64,000 bases of DNA from an archaeon (GCA_024256285.1 JACGUG010000002.1:7427-71426), one strand, 5' to 3'. Positions 17,443 to 27,047 are shown, numbered from the stretch's first letter. Notes: a model not told the origin generated them from the letters alone. Made by a program: numbers and translations.

Positions 17443-19347
17443 TTGAGCTTCAGAGAGTTTAGGGAAGACGTTAAAAGAAGCGTTGAGCTAGCTATAAGAG
17501 AAGCAGGTCTGCCTTTGATAGATTTTGAGCCTTCAGAACCTCCAAGACCTGAGTTTGGGGAGTTATCGGTGAATGTTGCCTTCACAATAGCCAACAAGCT
17601 TGGTCTCAATCCGTTGGAAGTGGCGAAGGCTATAGGCAACGAATTGAAGGTCCCGAAGGGCTCATTGATATCAAGTTTTGAAGTCTGCAGACCTGGCTAC
17701 ATAAACTTTAAGGTCAGATACCCAGATCTAAACTACAGATCACTCTCCGAATCTATATTAAAAGAGGATTACGGCTCGTTGAACATCGGTAGAGGGAAGA
17801 GGGTCTGCGTTGAGCATACGAGCGTGAACCCTAACAAGGCATTGCATGTAGGGCATATAAGAAACGTGATCCTTGGCGACTCTATTCATAGGATACTGAA
17901 GTTTACTGAGCATGATGTGCAGGTATTGAATTATATCGACGACTCAGGGTTGCAGATAGCCGACATAGTTGTGGGCTTTAAATATGTAGGCTTTCCCCTC
18001 GAACCTCCAAAGGGGGAGAAGTTCGACCATTACTGTGGTGATGAAGTTTACGTAAAAATGAACGAATTATACAAAATCCAGCCTGAACTCATTATGAAGC
18101 AGAAAGAGGTATTGAAAGAGATAGATGAAGGTAGATTGGATATAGCCAAGTTCGCTCAAGAGATAACAAGAAAAGTAGTAAGGGAGCAACTTGAGACATG
18201 CTGGAGGGTAGGCGCATACTATGATTGCCTTAACTTTGAATCTCATATAATTGAGACAGGGCTCTGGGAGAAGTTGTTCAACCAGATGAGAGATAAGGGA
18301 ATGATTCAGCTTGAAACCGAAGGCAAGCTTGTTAGGTGTTGGGTCATCAAGATGGAAGGGGAGGAGGATGAGAAGGTGATCAAGAGAAGCGATGGGACTC
18401 TAACCTACATCGCTAAAGACATACCTTACGCTGCATGGAAGACGGGGCTGGTGGAAGACCCTTTTCAGTATAACGTATTCGTAAAACAACCCAATGGCAG
18501 TGAATTATGGTCGACAGTTTCAGGAAAAGGAAGGGATTTGCACCCAGATTTTGGGAATGCCGACTTGGCGATAACAGTAATAGACGTGAGGCAGAGCAGG
18601 CTTCAGAAGATAATCTCATACATCCTTTCTCTTTTGAAAGGGGAGAAGATCGAAAAGAAGTACGTTCATCTTGGGTACGAGGTCGTTTCATTGAGCAGAA
18701 GGACTGCCGATGAACTTGGCATAATGATCGAAGAGAAAGACTTCATCCATATGTCTGGTCGGAAGGGCATCTACATCAACGCCGATGATGTGCTCGATGC
18801 CCTCCATAAAAAGGCTTATGAAGAGACGAAGAAAAGAAACCCGAAAGAAAGTGAGGATTGGCTTCACAATACTGCTGAGAAGGTGGCTGTATCTGCCCTT
18901 CGTTTTGATCTGATAAAACAAGATCTGGACAAGATAATAGTCTTCGATCTGCGTGAATCCCTCAACCTAGAAGGTGAGACGGGGCCCTACATTCAATACG
19001 CTCATGCAAGGGCATCCAGCATAATCAGAAAGGCTGATATCGAACCTGAAATTACGGCAGATAACGCTTCTACATTGGACCATCCCACAGAGTTGAATCT
19101 TGTAAAGTTGATCTCAAAGTTCGACCTTTACGTTGAAGAGGCTACAAAGAACCTCTCCCCAAAAACTCTGGCCAGATATGCCTATAGCCTTGCTACAAGT
19201 TTCAACGCCTTCTATGAGAAGAACCCCGTACTACAAGAGAAGGATGAGAAGAAGAGGATGGCAAGGATAACCCTTGTTCAAGCCTTTAAGAATGTAGTAA
19301 GGATTACCTTCGATCTGTTGGGGATGGAAACTCCTGAAAGGATATAA
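17443..19347 (+). CDS. argS: arginine--tRNA ligase
   Basis: 634 aa with HTSVNPNKALHVGHIRN (HIGH), HMSGRKG (KMSKS-like) and a DALR-type C-terminus. Confidence 0.92.
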   Translation: MSFREFREDVKRSVELAIREAGLPLIDFEPSEPPRPEFGELSVNVAFTIANKLGLNPLEVAKAIGNELKVPKGSLISSFEVCRPGYINFKVRYPDLNYRSLSESILKEDYGSLNIGRGKRVCVEHTSVNPNKALHVGHIRNVILGDSIHRILKFTEHDVQVLNYIDDSGLQIADIVVGFKYVGFPLEPPKGEKFDHYCGDEVYVKMNELYKIQPELIMKQKEVLKEIDEGRLDIAKFAQEITRKVVREQLETCWRVGAYYDCLNFESHIIETGLWEKLFNQMRDKGMIQLETEGKLVRCWVIKMEGEEDEKVIKRSDGTLTYIAKDIPYAAWKTGLVEDPFQYNVFVKQPNGSELWSTVSGKGRDLHPDFGNADLAITVIDVRQSRLQKIISYILSLLKGEKIEKKYVHLGYEVVSLSRRTADELGIMIEEKDFIHMSGRKGIYINADDVLDALHKKAYEETKKRNPKESEDWLHNTAEKVAVSALRFDLIKQDLDKIIVFDLRESLNLEGETGPYIQYAHARASSIIRKADIEPEITADNASTLDHPTELNLVKLISKFDLYVEEATKNLSPKTLARYAYSLATSFNAFYEKNPVLQEKDEKKRMARITLVQAFKNVVRITFDLLGMETPERI

Positions 19348-19373
19348 CAGTTGATGTTTTAGATTATAGGGAT

Positions 19374-20612
19374 ATGATGTTCAGCTTAAGGTGCATAAGT
19401 TGTGGGTCTGAAGAGAGCATCGACGAGATAGTCTACCGTTGCAGAAGATGCAACGACCTACTCGAAGTCCAATTGGACTTAGAGAGGGCAAAGGAGAGGG
19501 TTGATAAGAGAGAATGGAGCTCAAAGCCCCTATCTGTCTGGAAGTATATTGGGCTCATCCCTGTCTTCGATAAGAGCAAGATCGTGACTATCGGTGAGGG
19601 AGGGACTGGTCTGCACCGTTGTGACAATCTTGCAGAAGAGCTTGGAGTCAAGAATCTGTATGTGAAGAATGAAGGGGAGAACCCCACAGGGTCCTTTAAA
19701 GACAGAGGCATGACCATAGGTGTGACGAAAGCTAGGGAGTTGAATGTAAGCGAGGTTGCATGTGCATCTACTGGGAATACTGCTGCATCGTTGGCTGCCT
19801 ATTCTGCCAAAGCTCGTCTGAGATGTATGATCTTGATCCCACATGGTGCTATCGCTCTGGGCAAACTCGCTCAAGCCATGATCTACGGTGCCAAGGTAAT
19901 AGAGATAAAGGGAAACTTCGACGACGCACTCTCTATGGTTTTAGATGCTAGCAAGAGCCTTGGTCTATACCTCCTCAACTCTATCAATCCCTTTAGGATA
20001 GAGGGGCAGAAGACGGCAGCCTTCGAGATATGTGACCAACTTGGTTGGCATGCGCCCGATAGGCTTGTGATTCCCATAGGAAACGCAGGAAACATAACAG
20101 CATACTGGAAGGGTTTTAAAGAATTTTATGAATTAGGCTTGATCAAAGGCTTACCTATGATGACAGGAGTTCAAGCATCTGGCTCAAGTCCTATAATTCG
20201 AGCAATAAAGGAAGGGAAGAAGACGATTCAGCCTGTAAAAGACCCAAGGACGATAGCCAGTGCTATAAGGATCGGGAGACCAGTGAACTGGAAGAGGGCG
20301 ATGATAGCCATAAGAGAATCTGATGGCAAGGGTGAAACTGTGACGGATGAAGAAATAATCTCTGCTCAAAGGCTTCTGGCAAGAAAGGAAGGGCTTTTCG
20401 TAGAGCCTGCGAGTGCATCGAGCATAGCCGGTCTTAAGAAGTTGATTGAATTAGGAGAGATAGATAGAGAAGAAGAGATAGTCTGCGTGGCTACAGGTCA
20501 TGGGTTGAAGGATCCTGACAGTGCCATCGAATATTGTGAAGAACCGATTTTGATAGAGCCTGACCTCAAGATTTTAAGAGAAGTGATCGAGGGAGTAGTC
20601 ATCAAAGTTTAA
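19374..20612 (+). CDS. thrC: threonine synthase
   Basis: 412 aa with an N-terminal Zn ribbon (CISCGS..CRRCN) and the PLP-lysine motif GSFKDRG. Confidence 0.92.
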   Translation: MMFSLRCISCGSEESIDEIVYRCRRCNDLLEVQLDLERAKERVDKREWSSKPLSVWKYIGLIPVFDKSKIVTIGEGGTGLHRCDNLAEELGVKNLYVKNEGENPTGSFKDRGMTIGVTKARELNVSEVACASTGNTAASLAAYSAKARLRCMILIPHGAIALGKLAQAMIYGAKVIEIKGNFDDALSMVLDASKSLGLYLLNSINPFRIEGQKTAAFEICDQLGWHAPDRLVIPIGNAGNITAYWKGFKEFYELGLIKGLPMMTGVQASGSSPIIRAIKEGKKTIQPVKDPRTIASAIRIGRPVNWKRAMIAIRESDGKGETVTDEEIISAQRLLARKEGLFVEPASASSIAGLKKLIELGEIDREEEIVCVATGHGLKDPDSAIEYCEEPILIEPDLKILREVIEGVVIKV

Positions 20613-20648
20613 CTTAACTTAAGTATGCGATTTTGCTAGTTAAGTTAA
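20609..20648. terminator. 11-bp inverted repeat between convergent thrC and the HEPN gene
   Basis: TTAACTTAACT (20609-20619) pairs with AGTTAAGTTAA (20638-20648) around an 18-nt loop. It overlaps the thrC stop codon. Confidence 0.35.
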
Positions 20649-21467
20649 TTAGTATCTACTATCTTTTTTATCGACGTTTCTTATCAATTCTTCTTTAAGA
20701 TAGAGTTTGGAAGAAAGTGCTTTATCGATTGCTTTTTGAATGTATATACTCGGAATTTTTACGTCGTTAAAAGTAATTTTCTTCTTTCCTCCATGAACAA
20801 TAGCACTTCTTAAATCATAGAAATCACCAATTCTTTTTGAAATTTCAAATCTCTCTGTTTCATCATCTGCTATGAAGCTAGAGAGTCTACATTTGAGATT
20901 TTCCTTGATTTTTTCTCTATTGCTGAAAAGAACTTCAGCAGTAATCGCTAGGTTATTTAAAACTTCATCCAAATGACCTCTGTCAAATGTCTGTAGTGCA
21001 AAAAAATAATAACGGAGAGCTTGGCCAAGATATCCGCCCATTATTCTTTGAAAATCTTTTTCAAATTTTAAGAAATACTCTTTGGTTAAAAGAATTGATT
21101 TGCTAAGCTCAGAATTCATATCTTCCTCCATATTAGCTTTCTTAAATTTTGGAAATGAAACTTTCTTTTTTCCGAGGTCATTTAACGTAGATATCGGGGT
21201 TGCAGCACCTACTTTATGAGTTACAACTGTATTATATAACAAAGCACGTAGAAGAAGAAAGAAATCAATATATGTAATGGCTTCCGTAAAATGGTTTGAT
21301 TCATCTTCTGAACCGACGTATGCAAAAGCAAAAAATTGCGAATCGCTAGAAGGGTATTTTTCCCAAGCATTTTCTAGAATTAATCTTTCAGATACTTGTA
21401 GTCTTCCTATGGTAAAGGGCAATATTTCACTTTTTCCACTTAAGAGAAATTCTATCTGATGTATCAC
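20649..21467 (-). CDS. HEPN-motif protein (predicted RNase-type toxin/defence component)
   Basis: 272 aa. The C-terminal helical region ends in FYDLRSAIVHGG, an Rx4H motif. A spot GC count is about 30 percent. Confidence 0.55.
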   Translation of the reverse strand: MIHQIEFLLSGKSEILPFTIGRLQVSERLILENAWEKYPSSDSQFFAFAYVGSEDESNHFTEAITYIDFFLLLRALLYNTVVTHKVGAATPISTLNDLGKKKVSFPKFKKANMEEDMNSELSKSILLTKEYFLKFEKDFQRIMGGYLGQALRYYFFALQTFDRGHLDEVLNNLAITAEVLFSNREKIKENLKCRLSSFIADDETERFEISKRIGDFYDLRSAIVHGGKKKITFNDVKIPSIYIQKAIDKALSSKLYLKEELIRNVDKKDSRY

Positions 21468-21851
21468 GATTCATAAGTAGTATCTGCATTCATTTGAGTT
21501 TTTCTTAAGGTCTATTTCAATTAATTTGAAGATGGATGTGAGCTTGTAATCCGTAGAACACAACTGAGAGCTAAACATTTATTCTATAGCCCTAGCTTAA
21601 CACAAAAGCAGAACCCTAAATTTAAGGAAATAGGTTAACTAGCCTTTTTCGTTTAAAACATGGTTTTTTTGCATTCGTTATAATATTATATAAATATAGC
21701 CAAAATTTTCGTGGCTTTCGAACAGGGACAAAGGGTTTAAGGGTTGTTTTGTACTTCCTAAATAAGACGGGTTTTCTATTAACTCCTTATATAGGGTTAA
21801 GAGAAAGACTGAACTATTTACTTAAGATTATTCCAATTACAAAAGAGTACA

Positions 21852-21885
21852 AAGTGTAAAGCCTAAAGCATACGAAAGGAGACTC
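21852..21885 (-). repeat. degenerate copy of the dispersed element
   Basis: The plus strand reads AAAGTGTAAAGCCT..GGAGACT, compared with the AAGGTGTAGAGGCCT..GGGAGACT consensus. The CAATAG block is missing. It lies about 65 nt downstream of the second HEPN gene on the same strand. Confidence 0.3.
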
Positions 21886-21953
21886 AGTTAAAGTGAAGGA
21901 TGATTCTGAGATTTTGGCAGTTCAAGTTAAGAAAAGGATCCTATAAATTATTT

Positions 21954-22748
21954 TTAGAAATTCGAAGAATACCACATGGTGAGAGTGGTGGCACCATAAA
22001 GTGCATTTACTGCTTCTCTATCGGATACTGGAAATCTACTTCGGTGAACAGCTGATATTCGAGATTTGTTAACAGTCTCGATTGCTCCCGAAATATCTGA
22101 AGGAAAATCTATTTTTTCTTTAACCTTATAATACAATTCTCCTAAAGGAACATCTGGTGCGTATTCTTTGAATTGCTCTTCATAAAGGTCTGCTAGAATA
22201 CTCTCAACAGTAATTGCAGATAAGACTATGGATGTTCTCCATTCTTTCGACGAATGATACTTAACTGCACCTTTAAGAAAATCTCTTAGGTCTTTTGGTA
22301 CCGCTGTAGCTTTTTCGCTATGTTCTAACCATAGACGGACGGCCAAGGGGTAGGGTCGAAATGTGTAGCGGGATGAAAATGTTTGTCTATGACGGAGTTG
22401 ATTAACACTTTCTCCTATATATGGAATACATTTTATAAAGTTTGTAAAAATTGACATTCCTTGTTCTTTTATAGTAGTGATATTAATAAATAACTCATTA
22501 GACTCACCGCTCATACTCGCTATAAAAACCACATCGGGAATATTAGGGAAAATCCGTGAATCTAACATTTTACCTCCATTCTCAGCTTTCATATGATCTA
22601 TAACAAAATTCCATACAGTATTTAATAATTTTAGATCTCCCATTAAAGCTGATCGGTTGACTGTGAATCGTCGATCAATGTCAAGGTATTTCAGAATCTC
22701 GTTAGGGCATTTTTCAGACAAAAATAATACTTTAACTACTTCATCCAA
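21954..22748 (-). CDS. HEPN-motif protein with an unknown N-terminal domain
   Basis: 264 aa. The C-terminus reads ..WRTSIVLSAITVESILADLYEE...NKSRISAVHRSRFPVSDREAVNALYGATTLTMWY, an Rx4H motif within a helical bundle pattern. A spot GC count is about 20 percent. Confidence 0.55.
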   Translation of the reverse strand: MDEVVKVLFLSEKCPNEILKYLDIDRRFTVNRSALMGDLKLLNTVWNFVIDHMKAENGGKMLDSRIFPNIPDVVFIASMSGESNELFINITTIKEQGMSIFTNFIKCIPYIGESVNQLRHRQTFSSRYTFRPYPLAVRLWLEHSEKATAVPKDLRDFLKGAVKYHSSKEWRTSIVLSAITVESILADLYEEQFKEYAPDVPLGELYYKVKEKIDFPSDISGAIETVNKSRISAVHRSRFPVSDREAVNALYGATTLTMWYSSNF

Positions 22749-22764
22749 ATTTTTTGTTATTTCA

Positions 22765-22956
22765 TCATGTTTTAGAGTTTCTTTTTTCGATTTTTTTAGC
22801 TAATTCAACTAACTCAGCCGATTGTTTCTCATCTGCTTTAATATTTTCAGCCATATCTTTAAAGAATTGTGGAAGCCTAGAGAAATCGACCTTAATCAAG
22901 CTATTATATACACCACTTTTTAGAGGATTTGAGAGATACTTTATAATATAATCCAA
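22765..22956 (-). CDS. 63-aa hypothetical protein, upstream partner of the HEPN gene
   Basis: The ORF ends 16 nt before the start of 21954..22748 on the same strand. It has a charged helical C-terminus (ADEKQSAELVELAKKIEKRNSKT). Confidence 0.4.
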   Translation of the reverse strand: MDYIIKYLSNPLKSGVYNSLIKVDFSRLPQFFKDMAENIKADEKQSAELVELAKKIEKRNSKT

Positions 22957-23012
22957 ACTATGTATAAAATCATATATCGGCTAATAATCTTTACTAATCT
23001 TCGATCTCCACC

Positions 23013-23065
23013 AAAAAATAAGGTGTAGAGGCCTTCTAACCCAGCCTCAATAGGTCTGGGAGACT
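23013..23065 (-). repeat. dispersed ~50-nt element, copy 2
   Basis: The minus strand reads AGTCTCCCAGACCTATTGAGGCTGGGTTAGAAGGCCTCTACACCTTATTTTTT. It starts 37 nt downstream of the hisS stop on the same strand. Confidence 0.6.
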
Positions 23066-23101
23066 TTACTTAACTCATCAATTTCGAAGGGTTAAATTGT
23101 C

Positions 23102-24391
23102 TTAACTTACTTCAGCCTTAAGAAAAGGTACTAATTCATCGATCCCTATCTGCCTTTCAGTACCATCTCCCATATCTTTAAGAACTATCTTCTTTTGTGA
23201 ATACTCCCTTGGTGCGATTATCAAGACGTATCTTGCCTTTAAAGAAGATGCGACCTCCATCTGCTTCTTCAAACTTCTACCAGATAGATCGGCCTCCACT
23301 CTCATCCCACTCCTCCTCAACTCTGATGCCAACTGAGTGGCTTGTCTGATGAAATCTTTGTTTGCGTATGCAACGTAGATTATCCCTTGCTCTTCTTCGC
23401 TCTTGGCTAGACCTCTTTTTGATAATGCAAGCACTATCCTCTCCACACCTCCTGCAACGCCTGTTGCCAATAGATCTGGTCTGCCAAAGACTACAGGCAG
23501 ACTGTCGAACCTTCCACCCCCTGCCAAAGCTCCTATATCTACATGCTCTCCATCAAATACCTCAAAGACTACACCATCATAGTAATCCAATCCCCTGACT
23601 ATCCCCATGCTCAAGAGGACGTCCCCTATGCTTCTTGCATCGAGGGAATCTGTTATGCTCTTCAGATCCTTGAGATTTTGGAGGCCTTTCTCTTCCAACC
23701 TATCTATGACTTCATAAGGCTTGCCTCTTATTTTGCCGAATTCGATTACCCTTCTCATCACGTCTTCATCTATGCCTTTATCGGCATACTCTTCTATTAT
23801 CTGTGAGGTACTCTTCTTCTTTATCTTGTCCAGAGCCCTTAAAGCCTCTAAGATAAGATCTTCATCATCTGTCTTCATCTCCCTCCTTACATATTCTTCC
23901 ACCACTTTTCTATCCCCGATCTCTATAAAGCAGTTCTTCAGCCCTAGCTTGTCGAATATGATATGAGTTAGCTCCACTATCTCTGCATCTGCCTCTACGC
24001 TCTTTGAGCCGAATATCTCTGCATCCCACTGATAAAACCATCTATACCTTCCATACTGAGGTTCGTCGTACCTCCACATACTAGAGAAGGAGCACAATTT
24101 TATGGGAAGTTGAAGATCACGGCGGGAAGCAACGAACCTTGTCATCCCTACTGTTAGATCGAACCTCAGCCCCAGATCTCTGCCCCCCTTATCTTTAAAA
24201 CAGTATATCTCCTCTGATATTGCAGACCCGCTCTTCGCCTCTAATGTGCTCAAGAGTTCTATTGGCGACGGCTCCATGAGCTTAAAACCGAAGAGCTTCG
24301 ATACCTCTAAGAAGGTGCTTCTTATCTTCTCCACTACCTCGAAATCCTCTGGCTCTAGGTCACGCATACCCCGAGGCAACCGAAACTTCAT
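23102..24391 (-). CDS. hisS: histidine--tRNA ligase
   Basis: 429 aa with LPRGMRDLEP, the class II motifs and AGGGRFD. Confidence 0.92.
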   Translation of the reverse strand: MKFRLPRGMRDLEPEDFEVVEKIRSTFLEVSKLFGFKLMEPSPIELLSTLEAKSGSAISEEIYCFKDKGGRDLGLRFDLTVGMTRFVASRRDLQLPIKLCSFSSMWRYDEPQYGRYRWFYQWDAEIFGSKSVEADAEIVELTHIIFDKLGLKNCFIEIGDRKVVEEYVRREMKTDDEDLILEALRALDKIKKKSTSQIIEEYADKGIDEDVMRRVIEFGKIRGKPYEVIDRLEEKGLQNLKDLKSITDSLDARSIGDVLLSMGIVRGLDYYDGVVFEVFDGEHVDIGALAGGGRFDSLPVVFGRPDLLATGVAGGVERIVLALSKRGLAKSEEEQGIIYVAYANKDFIRQATQLASELRRSGMRVEADLSGRSLKKQMEVASSLKARYVLIIAPREYSQKKIVLKDMGDGTERQIGIDELVPFLKAEVS

Positions 24392-24478
24392 CTTAGATTC
24401 AACTACCTTTTTTCATTTAAAGAGCCTTTCCTTTGAATGAAATTGCAATTCGTGTTATTTAAAATGTTTCGAATTTAT

Positions 24479-25483
24479 CTATCGCTTAGTCTCTTTCTTC
24501 TTGGTTGCTGTGAAACCAGATTCTTTGCCTATCCTGCCAAGCTCGGCTATCATAGCCGTGAGTTGAATGTCTGGATGGGCACCTACTATCAGCCTATAAT
24601 CGTACTTTGCCAAGGCTTCTGAGACTTCATCTAGATTCGGCAAGTCGAGCTTGAATATCTCTTCATTCGCATACTTTATTACATCCCGCTCAGACATGCC
24701 ATAAACCCTCATCAACTCCAAGAGCTTCTCTCTCGCTTGCTTGAACTCCCCCCTTAAAGCTAGATCGACCAGATTTCCTACCTCAGATTTCCCTGATATT
24801 CCAGCGGTCTTCTTGACATTCTCAACGTTCACTTTACCAAAAGATGCCGATGATTGAAGTGTGTTTATGGCTAGCCTCAGATCTCCTCTACTTATCTCGT
24901 AAATCAGGCTCAGAGCCTTATCTTCGAAATCAACTTCTTCCTCTTTGCAGATATACCTCAAATGATCTACAACATCTTCCTCATCCAAGCGAAGGAACCT
25001 GAAGACAGCGCATCTGCTCTGAATGGGCTCTATTATCCCTGAAGAGTAGTTACAGACCAGTATGAACCTACATATCCTTGAGCTTTCCTCCATTATCCTC
25101 CTCAAGGCCGTCTGTGCATCGTTGGTCATCTCATCGGCTTCATCTAGTATTATTATCCTAAGGGGGACTTCGCCACCTATGCCAACATATCTCGAAAAGG
25201 TCTTCACTCTATCTCTAACTATATTTATGCCCCTCTCATCTGAAGCATTAAGTTCTAGTGTGTAATCCCTCCAAGAGCCTCCCAGTATCTTTCTTGCTAT
25301 GCAGAGAGCAGCGGTTGTCTTGCCAGTGCCAGGTGGACCGGCGAAGAGCAGATGTGGCATCTCGCTTGGAGAGTTCAGCATGGACAGTAGTCTCTCTACT
25401 ATAGTCTTTTGATTCACCAAATCCTTCAGCTCTACAGGTCTATACTTCTCCACCCACATCAAGGTCTCTATTCTAGCCATCAA
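24479..25483 (-). CDS. rfcS: replication factor C small subunit
   Basis: 334 aa with WVEKYRP, GPPGTGKTT, ILDEADEM and the SRC motif (QSRCAVFRF). Confidence 0.92.
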   Translation of the reverse strand: MMARIETLMWVEKYRPVELKDLVNQKTIVERLLSMLNSPSEMPHLLFAGPPGTGKTTAALCIARKILGGSWRDYTLELNASDERGINIVRDRVKTFSRYVGIGGEVPLRIIILDEADEMTNDAQTALRRIMEESSRICRFILVCNYSSGIIEPIQSRCAVFRFLRLDEEDVVDHLRYICKEEEVDFEDKALSLIYEISRGDLRLAINTLQSSASFGKVNVENVKKTAGISGKSEVGNLVDLALRGEFKQAREKLLELMRVYGMSERDVIKYANEEIFKLDLPNLDEVSEALAKYDYRLIVGAHPDIQLTAMIAELGRIGKESGFTATKKKETKR

Positions 25484-25555
25484 TGATGATAAGGAAGGGG
25501 TATTTATAATGCATTACGATGTTTTACAACTTATAGACAGGATTGATGTGGGGAG

Positions 25556-26010
25556 ATGAATTCAAAGATCGTAGAAGATCCATCTCTAAGATATAGGAGG
25601 TATGTGTTTAAAGACAGGATCCATGCAGGCGAACTTCTGGCGGAAAAGCTTAGAAGGTATAAGACCGAAGATGCTTTTGTCCTGGCTAACCCTCTGGCGG
25701 GGTTCCAGTGGGATTCATCGTCGCCAGAGAACTCGACAAACCCTTTGACCTTATAATTGTCAGAAAGATCCCTATCCCCATGGAGCCTGAAGCAGGTTTT
25801 GGAGCGATAACCTTCGATGGCATAAAAGCCCTTAATGAGCCTCTGTTGAGACAGCTTGGTCTGACAAAGGAAGAGATCGATGAATGTTCTTCAAAGGTCA
25901 TCGAAGAGATAAGAAGGAGAATGAAGAAGTTCAGGCGAGAGAAGTCCTTTCCAGATCTAAAGAAAAGACTGTCATACTTGTAGATGATGGTCTTGCCTCT
26001 GGCTATACCT
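25556..26010 (+). pseudogene. phosphoribosyltransferase pseudogene (two frameshifts, 3' truncation)
   Basis: Three ORF fragments lie in three different frames. Together they align colinearly with the intact paralog at 26101..26772: RYVFKDRIHAGELLAEKL / GVPVGFIVARELDKPFDLIIVRKIPIP..EAGFGAITFDG / KTVILVDDGLASGYT. Similarity stops after DDGLASGYT. Confidence 0.75.
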
Positions 26011-26100
26011 TCAAAATTGAACGTCTAGTCTTCCACCCTACTGGAGCAGGGGATAAGCTCCTACACCCTATTTTATATCGAGAAATCCTCCCCAAAAGCG

Positions 26101-26772
26101 TTATAAGTTTAGATAATCCTTGACTTCCTCTTCGGATAGGTCGTACCATGATCGATATGCATCAGCTACAGCATAGGGGAATCCTTCCCTTACGTTTAAG
26201 CAGACGATCATGTCAGAGTAAGGTTCCACCAATTTGATGGCGTCTGCCGAAGCTGTTGGAGTGGCAATTATTATCTTCTTTGGCCCCTTTTTCTTCACCG
26301 ATATGGCCGTAGCCAGCATGCTATAGCCGGATGCCAAACCATCATCGATCAGCAAAACATCCTTGTTTCTAAGGTCTGGGAAGGGTTTCTCCTCTCTAAA
26401 AACTATCAGTCTCTTCTTGATCTCCTTCTTCTCCTCATCGACACACCTTTTTACCACTTCTTCGGATAAACCGAGATTCACAAGCAGGGGTTCATTAAAT
26501 ATTACAGAACCATCCCAAGTGACAGCACCAAATCCAGCTTCAGGGTTCCATGGTATGTGGATCTTCCTTACAACGATTACATCGAAGGGTAGGTTCAGCT
26601 CTTTAGAAACCACGTGGCCTACCGGTACCCCACCGGCTGGTATCGCCAGAACGATGGCATCCTTTCCTACTAGACCTTTAAGCTTCTTGGCTATCAGATG
26701 ACCTGCGACCATTCTATCCTCGAATACGTACTTTCTGTTTCTGAAAGCCGGTTCATCGATGAGTTTTGACAT
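26101..26772 (-). CDS. phosphoribosyltransferase-family protein
   Basis: 223 aa with the PRPP-binding loop VLLIDDGLASGYS. It is intact. Confidence 0.8.
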   Translation of the reverse strand: MSKLIDEPAFRNRKYVFEDRMVAGHLIAKKLKGLVGKDAIVLAIPAGGVPVGHVVSKELNLPFDVIVVRKIHIPWNPEAGFGAVTWDGSVIFNEPLLVNLGLSEEVVKRCVDEEKKEIKKRLIVFREEKPFPDLRNKDVLLIDDGLASGYSMLATAISVKKKGPKKIIIATPTASADAIKLVEPYSDMIVCLNVREGFPYAVADAYRSWYDLSEEEVKDYLNL

Positions 26773-26890
26773 ATTTCACAGAATTTTAGGTATAACCTCT
26801 TTTTAAGTATCTTCACATAATGGTAAAAGGAAAGTGAAGCCTTAAGCTCTCCTATGCATATAATTGTTAACCATCAACAATTGAACGTTT

Positions 26891-26946
26891 AGTCTCCCAG
26901 ACTATTGAGGCCAGGTCTAAGCTAAGGTCTCTACACCTTTTTATTT
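26891..26946 (+). repeat. dispersed ~50-nt element, copy 3 (plus-strand orientation)
   Basis: It reads AGTCTCCCAGACTATTGAGGCCAGGTCTAAGCTAAGGTCTCTACACCTTTTTATTT. ATATAA at 26858-26863 ends 28 nt upstream of the conserved 5' block. Confidence 0.6.
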
Positions 26947-27011
26947 AAAGAAGGTTCTCATACTACATGAACCAATATTCTCGTTAGAATCTAATCATTT
27001 AGAATAGGGGA

Positions 27012-27039
27012 TTCCTACTCTTCCCGGGAAGAGTAGGAA
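27012..27039. terminator. perfect 28-nt palindrome just downstream of the 27048..27716 gene
   Basis: TTCCTACTCTTCCC|GGGAAGAGTAGGAA has 14+14 nt with no mismatch. It ends 8 nt from the stop codon of the minus-strand gene. Confidence 0.45.
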
Positions 27040-27047
27040 ATTTGCTC

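Noticed and set aside
21895-21948. 17-codon GTG ORF preceded by AAAGGAGAC in the island spacer.
   Set aside because: It is too short. The GGAGAC belongs to the degenerate dispersed-element copy rather than to a dedicated RBS.
25702-25713. GTTCCAGTGGGA, resembling an archaeal mini-ORB origin box.
   Set aside because: There is a single copy, inside the PRTase pseudogene, where it encodes the conserved GVPVG peptide. It has no partner repeats.
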